Shown here: positions 1 through 14,300 of the stretch, in pieces
How the letters are laid out: the number at the start of each line of letters is the position of its first letter
Numbering within the stretch: position 1 is the stretch's first letter
Assembly: GCF_006345805.1 (NCBI RefSeq)
Contig: NC_043016.1
Span: 20,150,001-20,214,000 of the forward strand
Direction of reading: 5' to 3'
Source of the DNA: Octopus sinensis
Lineage: Eukaryota
Length of the DNA: 64,000 nucleotides
The notes under the pieces: model-generated
Database searches by the model: none
The model's input: the letters and a program-made list of their open reading frames with translations, nothing else
What the model was told of the DNA's origin: nothing
Position numbers and translations under genes: made by a program

Positions 1-344
1 AATATAAGTTTCAAAGAGAAATGATCCAGATTTAACAAAAGAAATAATGACTTATTTCGCATCACTACAAGCCTTCACAGGCGATGGCAATCTGCTTCCA
101 TTTAGTGGGCTTATTAGAGAATCAGCCACTTCAAAGTGGGCTGAGAACCAAACGGACATCCCCACAATGGCTCTGCATAAACAAAAATATTGAAACATGA
201 ATCTATAAAGCTCAAATTGAGCAAAGATGACAGATTTTTTAACATGGTAATTGCTAAATATCTAGCCAACCAGGGAGCTGAATTTATCATAAAAATAAGA
301 ATGTAATCCCACTGGGCTCAAGGAGGATCCAGTTTAATCAAAAA

Positions 345-480
345 GGAATTAGGCTTGATTTTGTTGTAGAGATTGTCTGACAGCCATGACTGGGCTCTCC
401 TGCTTGTGTGGCATTGTGCAGAGTCCTGTTGCCAAACGTAGGGTCTTCCAGCAGCTACCCTCTTAAACCCAGTGTAGCAC
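345..480 (-). mobile_element. Tc1/mariner (maT/DD37D-like) transposase fragment; duplicate at ~9900-10040
   Basis: The minus-strand translation KRVAAGRPYVWQQDSAQCHTSRRAQSWLSDN resembles the (F/W)QQDxAPxH catalytic motif of Tc1-like transposases. Confidence 0.7.
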
Positions 481-489
481 TACCTAATT

Positions 490-790
490 TCAACCAAAGG
501 CTTGTGAGTAAATTTGATAGAAACTGAAAGAAGCCCAGATATATATATATATCTGTGCGTGTGTATTATTATGTCTGTCTGTCCCCTGCCACTGTTTGAC
601 AAGTAGTGTTGTGTTTATTTCTCTGTAACTTAGAAGTTTGGCAAAGGAGATAGATAGAATAAGTACAAGGATTTATAAAAAAACAAAATGAAAAACAAGT
701 CCTAAGGTGGATTCATTCATCTAAAAATTCTTCAAGGTGATGCCGCAGCATGATCACAGTCTAATAACGAAGCCAAGTTAAAGATCTGTT
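490..790 (+). mobile_element. 5'-truncated tRNA-derived SINE (GGCGCAGGAGTGGCTG-head family); duplicate at ~10050-10340
   Basis: It matches the body of fuller copies at 27270-27595 and 55865-56272 (CCAAAGxCTTGTGAGT..ATTTG..AGA..AACTGAAAGAAGCCC, then an AT/GT microsatellite, then the tail). Confidence 0.7.
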
Positions 791-1009
791 TTGCCACACT
801 TGCATGGGTTGGATAGATTTTCCAACACAGGATTTTTGCCACTTTTTGTGAGGTTCAAACTCTTTCTTCTTCATCTTTCACAGTTTTTGTTCATGTGGAT
901 CTTTTGGCATAGCAAGGAAATTGCTAGAAACCATTCAACAGAGCCATTAAAGTCATCTGAAATTGTTCTCTTCCCCACTTATCTGGGAAAATGGACATCG
1001 GAAGTGAGA

Positions 1010-1610
1010 GGCTTACTGCAGAAGGTAGAGGCTTTGGTTGTCGCCAAATGAGATCTCGGTTTTGTAGGAATTGTAACAGCATATGCAGATGACATCACCA
1101 TCATCGTATCCAGTGGCAACCACCTGTGACAAGTGGTGATGTCAAAGGAAGATGAGACAATAGCAGGAGCAAGAATAAACCAGGACAAGTCAGTCGACTT
1201 GCAGCTTGGTACCTGAGAGACAAGTTGATGCCGTCATACAGCATTGTGGGGCGTTGGATGAATGGTCCAGTGAAAATGTTAGGGAAGTTTCTTTTGGTCC
1301 AGAACCCCAAATAGAAACTAGACGAAATAAGGTACCAGCTGAACGCCCTTCCAAATTGTTAGGCGTTGTACTGAAACTTGGGGCAAAATGCTTAACAGCA
1401 GTCAGTTGTCACGTTCTGAGTCCCCCACTGCATTTGAGCCAATATTAATTACCCAAACGCAGTCTGGAAGGCAGCTGTACCTGACAGAGGAGGCAGAAGT
1501 GGTGGCAAACGGTCTCTGTGAAGTTCATTTTTCAGTGAACTGGAACCGTGGATCAAGTGGAGACCCATGCTAGGTGAATGGCATGCAGAGTGCCGTAAGG
1601 CTCTCTGCAT
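1010..1610 (+). mobile_element. Decayed Tx1/L1-type LINE ORF2 fragment (RT core); duplicate at ~10565-11165
   Basis: Encodes VTAYADDITIIVS, AGARINQDKSVDLQLGT, GRWMNGPVKMLG and EWHAECRKAL. These are collinear with the full-length element at 47-50 kb (FVTAFADDITI, AGAKINREKSVGLQLGT, RRWTEGPVKLLG, EWHKECRKAL). Confidence 0.85.
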
Positions 1611-1871
1611 GAGGAATTCAATTTCCTCATTGGCTGTCACAGAAACCATGGGTTGTGACTTGCAGAAACATGTTCCTTTCTCTTAACCCAATTGAATTTG
1701 TAAGACCTAGTGACTTATGTTTATAAAATTTATAAAAAGTTTTTAAAAACAGGAAGAAGCAGACTCCACTGAACCTTAACAAAATAGCTTCTTGACCTCA
1801 AAATTAATCTGGATCTAAGAAAGGAAATAAAAACCTGTAGTGAGACGAGAAGAATTTATGTCTTTGCTTAA

Positions 1872-2665
1872 AACAGTTGAAGGAATCCGGGGTAGAGGTA
1901 GACCCAGGAAGACATGGGATGAGGTGGTCAAGCATGACCTTCGAACATTGGGTTTCACAGAGGCAATGATGACAGACCTGACAAATAATGTGAGTTCATA
2001 GCTGTTTCCTGCACCAGCTTCACATAGAAGCCCCAGCTCTTCCAAAGTGCCTTGGATCACAGGACGGCCTGCAGTACTTTCCTTGTATCGTAGAGCGACC
2101 TGCTGTGCTTGATAGACCTATTGAGTCAAGTACATCACCATAAAAATCAACAGGAAATGGTAGTTGTGATACCCAAGCTGGTGGCTCGTCAAATGCACCA
2201 TTCGTATGTGGCTGATGCCAGCGCTGCCTTGACTGGCTTCCGTGCTGGTGGCACATAAAAGCACCATCTGTACGAGGACGAAGCCAGCACCGCCATGAGT
2301 GGCTCCTGTGCCGGTGGCAAGTAAAAAGCACCGACCAATCGTGGCCATTGCCAACCACCCTGGCACCTAAAAGGGCACCATCCATATGTAGCTGATGTAA
2401 GAGCCACCTTGACTGGCATCCGTGCCAGTGGCATAATAAAAGCACCAACCGATCGTTGACAGCTTCGCCTGGCACCTATGCCAGTGGCACGTAAAAAGCA
2501 CCCACTACACTCATGGAGTGGTTGATGTTAGGAAGGGCATCCAGCTGTAGAAACACTGCCAGATCAGACTGGAGCTTGGTGCAGCCTCTTGGCTTCCCAG
2601 ACCTCGGTCGAACCATCCAACCCATGCTAGCATGGAAAACGGACGTTAAAAATGATGATGATGAT
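1872..2665 (+). mobile_element. RTE-clade LINE 3' end (ORF C-terminus, 3' UTR with ~70-bp internal repeats, (GAT)n tail); related copy at ~11425-12203
   Basis: EGIRGRGRPRKTWDEVVKHDLRTLGFTEAM is a typical RTE ORF C-terminus. It is followed by repeated GTGCCAGTGGCACGTAAAAAGCACC units and a GATGATGAT tail, the same architecture as 38070-38560. Confidence 0.8.
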
Positions 2666-4229
2666 GCTGTGGTACAATTCAGTTGTGCTGTGGATGAATT
2701 CAGCCAAAAGAGCAGCAGGTGTATGAATAAAATGGCAGTGATCAGTCTGAAGTAAAGAACGCCCTACAGCAATAAATGGCTGTTCCAAATTAATTAATGA
2801 ATACAATGCCCAAAAGTAACAGCTCTTTTTTAAAAATGTAAAAAAGTCAACCTCAGAGGAACTTGAACTCAGAATGTAAAGATGGAAACAATGCCGCTAA
2901 GCATTTTTCCCAGTGTGCTAACAATTCTGTCAGGTTGCTGTCTTCTTTTTCTCTTTGGTAGTGACCTGAGAAGGATTTGAACGCTGAATGTAAGAAGTTG
3001 GAAGAAGTACCACTAAACATTTTGTCCAATGGAATAATTAATGATTCTGCCTACTCAGAGGACAGAGATGATTGCAGACTTCTACATTTTGCCAGTTAAA
3101 AGGGACAAACAGACACTGTAAAACTACTACAGAAGAATGGCACGGATGTCAGCAAAGATAGATGGTGAAGGCTCCATTACTTCTTGCTTGTTGGAATATT
3201 TTAATTTGCATTTTTTCTTTCTTTCCTTTCCATTTTCTCCCTCCTCTTTCTCCAAAGAGTAAAAGTCAGGTTTATATGCAGTCCTTCACCAAACTGAAAT
3301 GGAGATCCACAACATTCTGCCTTAACACAGGACAGAGATGCTTGCAGACTTCTACATTTTGCCTGTTAAAATTGACACAGAAACGTTGTAAACTACAGCA
3401 GAATGGCACTGACGTTAGCAAAGAAAGATGGTGAGGGCACTCCTCCTTCTTGCTTGTTGGAACAATTTAAGTTGCATTTTTTCTGTCTTTCCTTTCCATT
3501 TTCTCACTCCTATTCCTCCAAAGGTAGAGTAAAAGTCAGGTTAATATGCAGTCCTGGTCTAAGATGAAAAGCAGATCCACAAAATGGATTTACACAAAGA
3601 AAAACATTGAACAATGAATTTCTAAACTTAAAACGATCTAGAAAGACAGGATTTCTATCAGGAAGTTGAAGATTGTAAACCAGATCCAAGAATAAGCCTT
3701 CACGAGACCTAATTAACATTCCAAGTTTAAAAGAAAAAATGCCAACTCCATGTTGGATGTCGGAGAATACTTGGAGAAACATCCTCCACAAGATCGATTT
3801 AAAGAACAGATGGAATGATGAATTTGTAAAGCTCATATTGAGCAAGAAAAAGAAATTCTCTAGTGCAATATTTGCTAATAATGTAACACGATAGGAGAGT
3901 GCATTTGCCCTCATTAAGAATCCGGATCTAAGAAAGGAAATAAAAGTATTTTCCAGAGTCTTGATTAGTTGCAGATAAATACATGTTTCAATTTTCATTA
4001 AAATACCAATGTCTTCCAATCTTTTTAGTGATCAATTAATGAATGTAAAATTGAGACTGCATTAAAGGCAATGCCTACATAGAATGATTAATACTCTATG
4101 GAACAACGTAAAGCAAACAAAACAGTAACTTCATAGATGGAGAGCATATCAGCTGTATGTGTAGGTTCTTGGTGAAGCTCAATCTAAGATCCACAAAATG
4201 AACTTGCACAAACAAAAATATTCAATTGG

Positions 4230-4720
4230 GAATTTGTAAAGATCAAAAATGAGCAAGATAGGCTTTCTAGTATAGTAGTTGCGAGTTACCTATTAGATCA
4301 AGGAGCCAATTTTCTCCCAAAAAAGAAGAAGCAGATTTCTCTGGAAATATAAGTTTCAAAGGGATATGATCCAGATTTAACAAAAGAAATAAAGACTTCT
4401 TTCGCATCACTACAAGCTTTCACAGGCGATGGCAATCTGCTTCCATTTAGGGGGCTTATTAGAGAATCAGCCACTTCAAAGTGGGCTGAGAACCAAACTG
4501 ACATCCCCACAATGGCTCTGCACAAACAAAAATATTGAAACATGAATCTATAAAGCTCAAATTGAGCAAAGATGACAGATTTTTTAACATGGTAACTGCT
4601 AAATATCTAGCCAACCAGGGAGCTGAAATTACCATAAAAATAAGAATGTAATATCACTGGGTCTTAAGAAAGATCCAGATTTAGCAAAGAAAATAAAAAC
4701 ATTTTTCCAAATTAGAGAAA
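4230..4720 (+). pseudogene. Pseudogenic terminal-ankyrin-repeat modules (Mind bomb-like E3 ligase fragments); representative of many copies in the array
   Basis: Reading through frameshifts gives LSSIVVASYLLDQGANF, MVIAKYLANQGAEF-IKNKN..PL and, in other copies, KKQTPLNL (1753, 16790) and KDPDLxKEIK. This fits the ankyrin pattern xxxLLxxGADxNxKNKxGxTPL and the Mind bomb last-repeat/linker pattern (recalled as [31 protein letters not shown]). Stops and frameshifts occur throughout. Confidence 0.55.
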
Positions 4721-7700
4721 CAGAAAAGTCCAAAGGGGGCTGAGAACCAATCTAAGATCCATAAGATTGATTTGCACAAACAAAAATATTAAATCATTAT
4801 TCTTTAAAGCTCAAACTGAGCAAGAAAGAAAGTCTCTCTGGTATAGCATTTGCTAATAATCTAGTACAATAGGGAAGTCCATTTGGCTTCATGAAGAATC
4901 CGGATCTAAGACAGAAAATAAAAGCATTTGGCAGAGTCAATGAGGACTGCGTACTTCATACAACACTGACCAAAAACAAAGTAGTGAACCTGAAACACAC
5001 CAGCAAAAAATGATCAGTCTAAGAAACACAAGAAGATCCTGCAACAATATGCACACTCCATGTCATACGTCAGAGTAAACTTAGAAAAACATCATACACA
5101 AGATCCACCATATGCATTTATACAAAAATGGAATGGTGAATATGTAAAGCTGGAATTGAAAAAGGAAGAAAGACTCTCTGGTGGAGTATTTGCTAATAAT
5201 CTTATGCAATAGGGAAGTCCATCTTGCCTCATAAAACATCTGAATCTAAGACAGAACATAAAAGCATTTCCCAGATTCAAAGAGGATTGCTCATTTCATA
5301 TATCCACTCCAGCTAGGAGGAGAGAAGTGGATGAAATGCAAGATAAACCTGCAACAGTATGTCAACCCTGTATGTGAAGCCTCTCCGAAAACATCCTGAA
5401 TGTAAAGACGGACAAAATGCCGCTAAGCATATTGCCCAGTGTGCTAACAATTCTGTCAGGTTTCTGCCTTCTTTTTCTCTTTGGTAGAAGTACCACTAAA
5501 AATTTTGTCCAATGGAATAATTAATGATTCTGCCTACTCAGAGGACAGAGATGCTTGCAGACTTCTACATTTTGCCTGTTACAAGGGACACACAGACACT
5601 GTAAAACAACTACAGCAAAATGGCACTGTTGTCAGCAAAGAAAGATGGTGAGGGCACCCTTGCTTCTTGCGTATTGGTATATTTTAATTTGCATTTTTTC
5701 TTTCTTTCCTTTCCATTTTCTCCCTCTTTCTCCGAAGAGTAAAAGTCAGGTTTATATGCAGTCCTTCACCAAACTGAAATGGAGATCCACAACATTCTGC
5801 CTGCTCACTGGACAGAGATGCTTGCAGACTTCTACATTTGCCTGTTAAAATGGATACAGAAACGTAAAACTACTACACCAGAATGACACTGATGTCAGCA
5901 AAGAAAGATGAAGGATTTGAACTCCGAATGTAAGGAGTCGGAAGTGCCACTAAGCATTTTGTCCAATGGAATAATGATTCTGCCTGCTCAGAGGACAGAG
6001 ATGCTTGCAGACTTCTACATTTTGCCTGTTACAAGGGACACAAAGACACTGTAAAACTACTACAGCAGAATGGCACTGATGTCAGCAAAGAAAGATGGTG
6101 AGGGCATTCCTGCTATTTCTTGTTGGAATATTTTAATTTGCATTTTTTCTTTCTTTCCTTTCCGTTTTCTCCCTCCTATTTCTCCAAAGGTAGAGTAAAA
6201 GACAGGTTTATATGCAGTCCTGGCCTAAGATGAAAAGCAGATCGACAAAATGGAATTACACAAAGAAAAACATTGAACAATGAATTTCTAAAGCTCTAAA
6301 TGATCTAGAAAGACAGGATTTCTATCAGGAAGTTGAAGATTGGAAAGTAGATCCAAGAAGATGACTTCACCAGACCTAATTAACATTCCAAGTTTAAAAG
6401 AAAAAATACCAACTCCATGTTGGATGTCGGAGAATACTTGGAGAAACATCCTCCACAAGATCGATTTAAAGAACAGATGGAATGATGAATTTGTAAAGCT
6501 CATATTGAGCAAAAAAAAGAAATTCTCTGGTGCAATATTTGCTAATAATGTAACACGATAGGAGAGTGCATTTCTCCTCATGAAGAATCCGGATCTAAGA
6601 AAGGAAATAAAAGTATTTTCCAGAGTCTTGATTAGGTACAAATAAATACATGTTTCAATTTTCATTAAAACATCAATGTCTTCCAATCTTTTTAGTGATC
6701 AATTAATGAATGTAAAATTGAGACTGCATTAAAGTCAATGCCTACATAGAATGATTAATACTCTATGGAACAACGTAAAGCAAACAAAACAGTAACTTCA
6801 TAGATGGAGAGCTATCAGCTGTATGTGTAGGTTCTTGGTGAAGCTCATCTAAGATCCACAAAATGAACTTGCACAAACAAATATTCAATTGGGAATTTGT
6901 AAGATCAAAAATTAGCAAGATAGGCTTTCTAGTATAGTAGTTGCGAGTTACCTATTAGATCAAGGAGCCAATTTTCTCCCAAAAAAGAAGAAGCAGATTT
7001 CTCTGGAAATATAAGTTTCAAAGGGATATGATCCAGATTTAACAAAAGAAATAAAGACTTATTTCGCATCACTACAAGCCTGCACAGGCGATGGCAATCT
7101 GCTTCCATTTAGGGGGCTTATTAGAGAATCAGCCACTTCAAAGTGGGCTGAGAACCAAACTGACATCCCCACAATGGCTTTGCACAAACAAAAATATTGA
7201 AACATGAATCTATAAAGCTCAAATTGAGCAAAGATGACAGATTTTTTTAACATGGTAATTGCTAAATATCTAGCCAACCAGGGAGCTGAATTTATCATAA
7301 AAATAAGAATGTAATATCACTGGGTCTTAAGAAAGATCCAGATTTAGCAAAGAAAATAAAAACATTTTTCCAAATTAGAGAAACAGAAAAGTCCAAAGAG
7401 GGCTGAGAACCAACCTAAGATCCATAAGATTGATTTGCACAAACAAAAATATTAAATCATTATTCTTTAAAGCTCAAACTGAGCAAGAAAGAAAGTCACT
7501 CTGGTATAGCATTTGCTAATAATCTAGTACAATAGAGAAGTCCATTTGGCTTCATGAAGAATCCGGATCTAAGACAGAAAATAAAAGCATTTGGCAGAGT
7601 CAATGAGGACTGCATACTTCATACAACACTGACCAAAAACAAAGTAGTGAACCTGAAACACACCAGCAAAAAATGATCAGTCTAAGAAACACAAGAAGAT

Positions 7701-8254
7701 CCTGCAACAATATGCACACTCCATGTCATACGTCAGAGTAAACTTAGAAAAACATCATACACAAGATCCACCATATGCATTTATACAAAAATGGAATGAT
7801 GAATATGTAAAGCTGGAATTGAAAAACAAAGAAAGACTCTCTGTTGTAGTATTTGCTAATAATCTTACGCAATAGGGAAGTCCATCTTGCCCCATAAAAC
7901 ATCTGGATCTAAGACAGAAAATAAAAGCATTTCCCAGATTCAAAGAGGATTGCTCATTTCATTTATCCACTCCAGCTAGGAGGAGAGAAGTGGATGAAAT
8001 TCAAGATAAACCTGCAACAGTATGTCAACCCTGTATGAGAAGCCTCTCCGAAAACATACAAAACATCCTGAATGTAAAGACGGACAAAATGCCGCTAAGC
8101 ATTTTGCCAAGTATGGTAACAATTCTGTCAGGTTGCTGCCTTCTTTTTCTCTTTGGTAATGACCTGAGAAGGATTTGAACGCCGAATGTAAGAAGTCGGA
8201 AGAAGTACCACTAAACATTTTGTCCAATGGAATAATTAATGATTCTGCCTACTC

Positions 8255-8395
8255 AGAGGACAGAGAAGCTTGCAGACTTCTACATTTTGCCTGTTACAAG
8301 GGACACACAGACACTGTAAAACTACTACAGCAGAATGGCATGGATGTCAGCAAAGATAGATGGTGGAGGCACCATTACTTCTTGCTTGTTGGAAT
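8255..8395 (+). pseudogene. Ankyrin-repeat fragment (best copy of ~13 in the array)
   Basis: DREACRLLHFACYKGHTDTVKLLQQNGMDVSKDRW, continuing after a frameshift into APLLLACWN, is about 1.5 ankyrin repeats. Other copies start near 3055, 3325, 5540, 5805, 5990, 8525, 12590, 12740, 13015, 13485, 13745 and 13930. Confidence 0.75.
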
Positions 8396-11300
8396 ATTTT
8401 AATTTGCATTTTTTCTTTCTTTCCTTTCCATTTTCTCCCTCCTATTTCTCCAAAGTTAGAGTATAAGTCAGGTTTATATGCAGTCCTTGACCAAGCTGAA
8501 ATGGAGATCCACAACATTCTGCCTTAACACAGGACAGAGATGATTGCAGACTTCTAAATTTTGCCTCTTAGAATGGATACACAGACACTGCAAAAGGTCT
8601 ACACTAGAATGGCACTGATGTCACCAAACATAGATGGTGAAGGCACCATTACTTCTTGCTTGTTGGAATATTTTACTTTGCATTTTTTCTTTCTTTCCTT
8701 TCCATTTTCTCCCTCCTATTTCTCCAAAGGTAGAGTAAAAGACAGGTTTATATGCAGTCCTTGTCTAAGATGAAAAGCAGAGCCACAAAATGTATTTACA
8801 CAAAGAAAAACATTGAACAATGAATTTCTAAAGCTTAAAACGATCTAGAAAGACGGGATTTCTATCAGGAAGTTGAAGATTGGAAACCAGATCCAAGAAG
8901 ATGACTTCACCAGACCTAATTAACATTCCAAGTTTAAAAGAAAAAATGCCAACTCCATGTTAGATGTCGGAGAATACTTGGAGAAACATCCTCCACAAGA
9001 TCGATTTAAATAGACGGAATGGTGAATTTGTAAAGCTTATATTGAGCAAGAAAAAGAAATTTTCTGGTGCAATATTTGCTAATAAAGAAAAACAATTAAG
9101 TGCACTTGTCCTAATGAAGAATCCGGATCTAAGAAAGGAAATGAAAGTATTTTCCAGAGTCTTGATTAGTTACAAATAAATACATGTTTCAATTTTCATT
9201 AAAACACCAATGTCTTCCAATCTTTTTAGTGATCAATGAATGTATTTAAAATTGAGACTGCATTAAAGTCAATGCCTACATAGAATGATTAATACTCTAT
9301 GGAACAACGTAAAGCAAACAAAACAGTAACTTCATAGATGGAGTGAATATCAGCTGTATGTGTAGGTTCTTGGTGAAGCTCAATCTAAGATCCACAAAAT
9401 GAACTTGCACAAACAAAAATATTCAATTGGGAATTTGTAAAGATCAAAAATGAGCAAGACAGGCTTTGTAGTATAGTTGTTGCTAGTTACCTATTAGATC
9501 AAGGAGCCAATTTTCTCCCAAAAAAGAAGAAGCAGATTTCTCTGGAACTAATTAAAAATATAAGTTTCAAAGAGATATGATCCAGATTTAACAAAAGAAA
9601 TAAAGACTTATTTCGCATCACTACAAGTATTCACAAGCGATGGCAATCTGCTTCCGCTTATTGAGCTTATTAGAGAATCAGCCACTTCAAAGTGGGCTGA
9701 GAACCAAACGGACATCCCCACAATGGCTCTGCATAAACAAAAATATTGAAACATGAATCTATAAAGCTCAAATTGAGCAAAGATGACAGATTTTTTAACA
9801 TGGTAATTGCTAAATATCTAGACAACCAGGGAGCTGAATTTATCATAAAAATAAGAATGTAATCCCACTGGGCTCAAGGAGGATCCAGTTTTATCAAAAA
9901 AGGAATTAGGCTTGATTTTGTTGTAGAGATTGTCTGACAGCCATGACTGGGCTCTCCTGCTTGTGTGGCATTGTGCAGAGTCCTGTTGCCAAACGTAGGG
10001 TCTTCCAGCAGCTACCCTCTTAAACCCAGTGTAGCACGACCTAATTTCAACCAAAGGCTTGTGAGTAAATTTGATAGAAACTGAAAGAAGCCCAGATATA
10101 TATATATATCTGTGCGTGTGTATTATTATGTCTGTCCCCTGCCACTGTTTGACAAGCAGTGTTGTGTTTATTTCTCTGTAACTTAGAAGTTTGGCAAAGG
10201 AGATAGATAGAATAAGTACAAGGATTTATAAAAAAACAAAATGAAAAACAAGTCCTGAGGTGGATTCATTCATCTAAAAATTCTTCAAGTGTGATGCCGC
10301 AGCATGATCACAGTCTAATAACGAAGCCAAGTTAAAGATCTTTTTGCCACACTTGCATGGGTTGGATAGATTTTCCAACACAGGATTTTTGCCACTTTTT
10401 GTGAGGTTCAAACTCTTTCTTCTTCATCTTTCACAGTTTTTGTTCATGTGGATCTTTTGGCATAGCAAGGAAATTGCTAGAAACCATTCAACAGAGCCAT
10501 TAAAGTCATCTGAAATTGTTCTCTTCCCCACTTATCTGGGAAAATGGACATCGGAAGTGAGAGGCCTTACTGCAGAAGGTAGAGGCTTTGGGTGTCGCCA
10601 AATGAGATCTCGGTTTTGTAGGAATTGTAACAGCATATGCAGATGACATCACCATCATCGTATCCAGTGGCAACCACCTGTGACAAGTGGGTGATGTCAA
10701 AGGAAGATGAGACAATAGCAGGAGCAAGAATAAACCAGGACAAGTCAGTCGACTTGCAGCTTGGTACCTGAGAGACAAGTTGATGCCGTCATACAGCATT
10801 GTGGGGCGTTGGATGAATGGTCCAGTGAAAATGTTAGGGAAGTTTCTTTTGGTCCAGAACCCCAAATAGAAACTAGACGAAATAAGGTACCAGCTGAACG
10901 CCCTTCCAAATTGTTAGGCGTTGTACTGAAACTGGGGAAAATGCTTAACAGCAGTCAGTTGTCACTTTCTGAGTCCCCCACTGCATTGAGCCAATATTAA
11001 TTACCCAAACGCAGTCTGGAAGGCAGCTGTACCTGACAGAGGAGGCAGAAGTGGTGGCAAACGGTCTCTGTGAAGTTCATTTTTCAGTGAACTGGAACCG
11101 TGGATCAAGTGGAGACCCATGCTAGGTGAATGGCATGCAGAGTGCCGTAAGGCTCTCTGCATGAGGAATTCAATTTCCTCATTGGCTGTCACAGAAACCA
11201 TGGGTTGTGACTTGCAGAACATGTTCCTTTCTCTTAACCCAATTGAATTTGTAAGACCTAGTGACTTATGTTTATAAAATTTATAAAAAGTTTGTAAAAA

Positions 11301-14300
11301 CAGGAAGAAGCAGACTCCACTGAACCTTAACAAAATAGCTTCTTGACCTCAAAATTAATCTGGATCTAAGAAAGGAAATAAAAACCTGTAGTGAGACGAG
11401 AAGAATTTATGTCTTTGCTTAAAACAGTTGAAGGAATCCGGGGTAGAGGTAGACCCAGGAAGACATGGGATGAGGTGGTCAAGCATGACCTTCGAACATT
11501 GGGTTTCACAGAGGCAATGACGAAAGACCGAGACCTCTGGAGATATGCTGTGACTGCGAAGACCTGACAAATAATGTGAGTTCATGGCTGTTTCCTGCAC
11601 CAGCTTCACATAGAAGCCCCAGCCCTTCCAAGGTGCCTTGGATCGCAGGACGGCCTGCGGTACTTACATTGGATCATAGGGCGACCTGCTGTGCTTGAGG
11701 AGACCTATTGAGTCAAGTACATTACCATCAACATCAAAAAATCAAATGGAAATTGTAGTTGTGATAACTGGGCTGGTGGCTCGTAAAGTGCACCATCCGT
11801 ATGTGGCTGATGCCAGTGCCGCCTTGACTGGATTCTGTGCTAGTGGCACGTAAAAAGCAATGACCAATCGTGGCTGTTGCCAGCCTACAGTGGCATCTAA
11901 AAAAGCACCATCCGTATGAGGCCAATGCCAGAGCCGCCTTGACTGGCTGCCGTGCCAGTGGCACGTAAAAACACCTACCGATCATTGCCAGCTTCCCCTG
12001 GCACCTATGCCAGTGGCATGTAAAAAGCACCCACTACACTCATGGAGTGGTTGATGTTAGGAAGGGCATCCAGTTGTAGAAACACTGCCAGATCAGACTG
12101 GAGCTTAGTGCAGCCTCTTGGCTTCCCAGACCCCGGTCGAACCATCCAACCCATGCTAGCATGGAAAACGGATGTTAAAAATGATGATGATGATGATGAT
12201 GATGCTGTGGTACAATTCAGTTGTACTGTGGAAGAATTCAGCCAATAAGAGCTGCAGGCGTATGAATAAAATGGCAGTGATCTGTCCTAGATAATGAACG
12301 CGCTACAGCAATAAAATGGCTGTTCCAAATTAATTAATGAATGAATACAATGCCCAAAAGTAACAGCTCTTTTTTAAAAATGTAAAAAAGTCAACCTCAG
12401 AAGAACTTGAACTCAGAATGTAAAGATGGACAAAATGCCTCTAAGCATTTTTCCCAGTGTGCTAACAATTCTGTCAGGTTGCTGCCTTCTTTTTCTCTTT
12501 GCTAGTGACCTGAGAAGGATTTGAACACCAAATGTAAGAACTTGGAAGAAGTGCCACTAAGATTTTGTCAAATGATCTGATTCTGCTTGCTGAGAGGACA
12601 GAGATGGTTGCAGACTTCTAAATTTTGCCTCTTTTAACGGATACACAGACGTTGTAAAATTACTACAGCAGAATGGTACTGATGTAAGAGGTTTGAAGAG
12701 GTGCCACTAAGCATTTTGTCCAATGGTCTGATTCTGCCTGCTCACAGGACAGAGATGCTTGCAGACTTCTACATTTTGCCTCTTTTAATGGATACACAGA
12801 CACTGTAAAACTAGTACACCAGAATGGCACTGTTGTCAGCAAAGAAAGATGATGAGGGCACCATTACTTCTTGCTTGTTGGAATATTTTACTTTTCAATT
12901 TTTTCTTCTTTCCTTTCCATTTTCTCCCTCTTATTCCTCCCAAAGTTAGAGTAAAACTAGGTTTATATGCAGTCCTTGACCAAGCTGAAATGGAGATCCA
13001 CAAAATTCTGCCTGCTCACAGGAGAGAGATGATTGCAGACTTCTACATTTTGCCTCTTTCAATGGATGCACGGACATTGTAAAACTACTACAGCAAAATG
13101 GCACTGAATTCAGTTGTACTGTGGATGATTTCAGCCAATAAGAGCTGCAGGTGTATGAATAAAATGGCAGTGATCTGTCTGAGGTAAAGAACGCCCTACA
13201 GCAACAAAGTGGCTGTTCCAAATTATTTCATGAATAAAAGGCTTAAAACTAACATTGCATTTTTTAAAAAGGTAAAAGTCAACCTCAAAGGAACTTGAAC
13301 TTAGAATGTAAAGATGGACAAAATGCCACTAAGCATTTTTCCCAGTGTGTTAACAAGTCTGTCAGGTTACTGCCTTCTTTCTCTCTTTAGTAGTGACTTG
13401 AGGAGGATTTGAACGCCGAATGTAAGAACTTGGAAGAAGTACCACTAAGCATTTTGTCCAATGGAATAATGATTCTGCCTGCTCAGAGGACAGAGATGCT
13501 TGCAGACTTCTACATTTTGCCTGTTAAAATGGATACAGAAACGTAAAACTACTACACCAGAATGGCACTGATGTCAGCAAAGAAAGATGGCGAAGGCACC
13601 ATTACTTCTTGGAATATTTTAATTTGCATTTTTTCTTTCTTTCCTTTCTATTTTCTCACTCCTATTCCTCCAAATTTAGAGTAAAAGTCAGGTTTATATG
13701 CAGTCCTTCACCAAGCTGAAATGGAGATCCACAACATTCTGCCTGCTCAAAGGACAGAGATGCTTGCAAACTTCTACATTTGCCTGTTAAAATGGATATA
13801 GAAACGTAAAACTACTACGCCAGAATGGCACTGATGTCAGCAAAGAAAGATGAAGGATTTGAACTCCGAATGTAAGGAGTCGGAAGAAGTGCCACTAAGC
13901 ATTTTGTCCAATGGAATAATGATTCTGCCTGCTCAGAGGACAGAGATGCTTGCAGACCTACATATTGCCTGTTACAAGGGACACAAAGACACTGTAAAAC
14001 TACTACAGCAGAATGGCATGGATGTCAGCAAAGAAAGATGGTGAGGGCACCATTACTTCTTGCTTGTTGGAATATTTTAATTTGCATTTTTTCTGTCTTT
14101 CCTTTCCATTTTCTCCCTCCGCTTTCTCCGAAGTTAGGCTAAGAGTCAAGTTTATATGCAGTCCTTGACCAAGCTGCAATGGAGATCCACAAAATAGATT
14201 TACACAAAGAAAAACATTGAACAATGAATTTCTAAAGCTCTAAATGATCTAGAAAGACAGGATTTCTATCAGGAAGTTGAAGATTGGAAAGTAGATCCAA

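Noticed and set aside
2195-2510. Regularly spaced GTGGCAC.TAAAA.GCACC repeats as a CRISPR-like array
   Set aside because: The spacers are similar to each other, the context is eukaryotic, and the repeats belong to an RTE LINE 3' UTR found at several places.
3510-4019. 169-aa minus-strand ORF repeated at 6288-6686 and 14232-14630
   Set aside because: No recognisable domain. It recurs only because of the tandem duplication, and the protein-like signal is on the plus strand.
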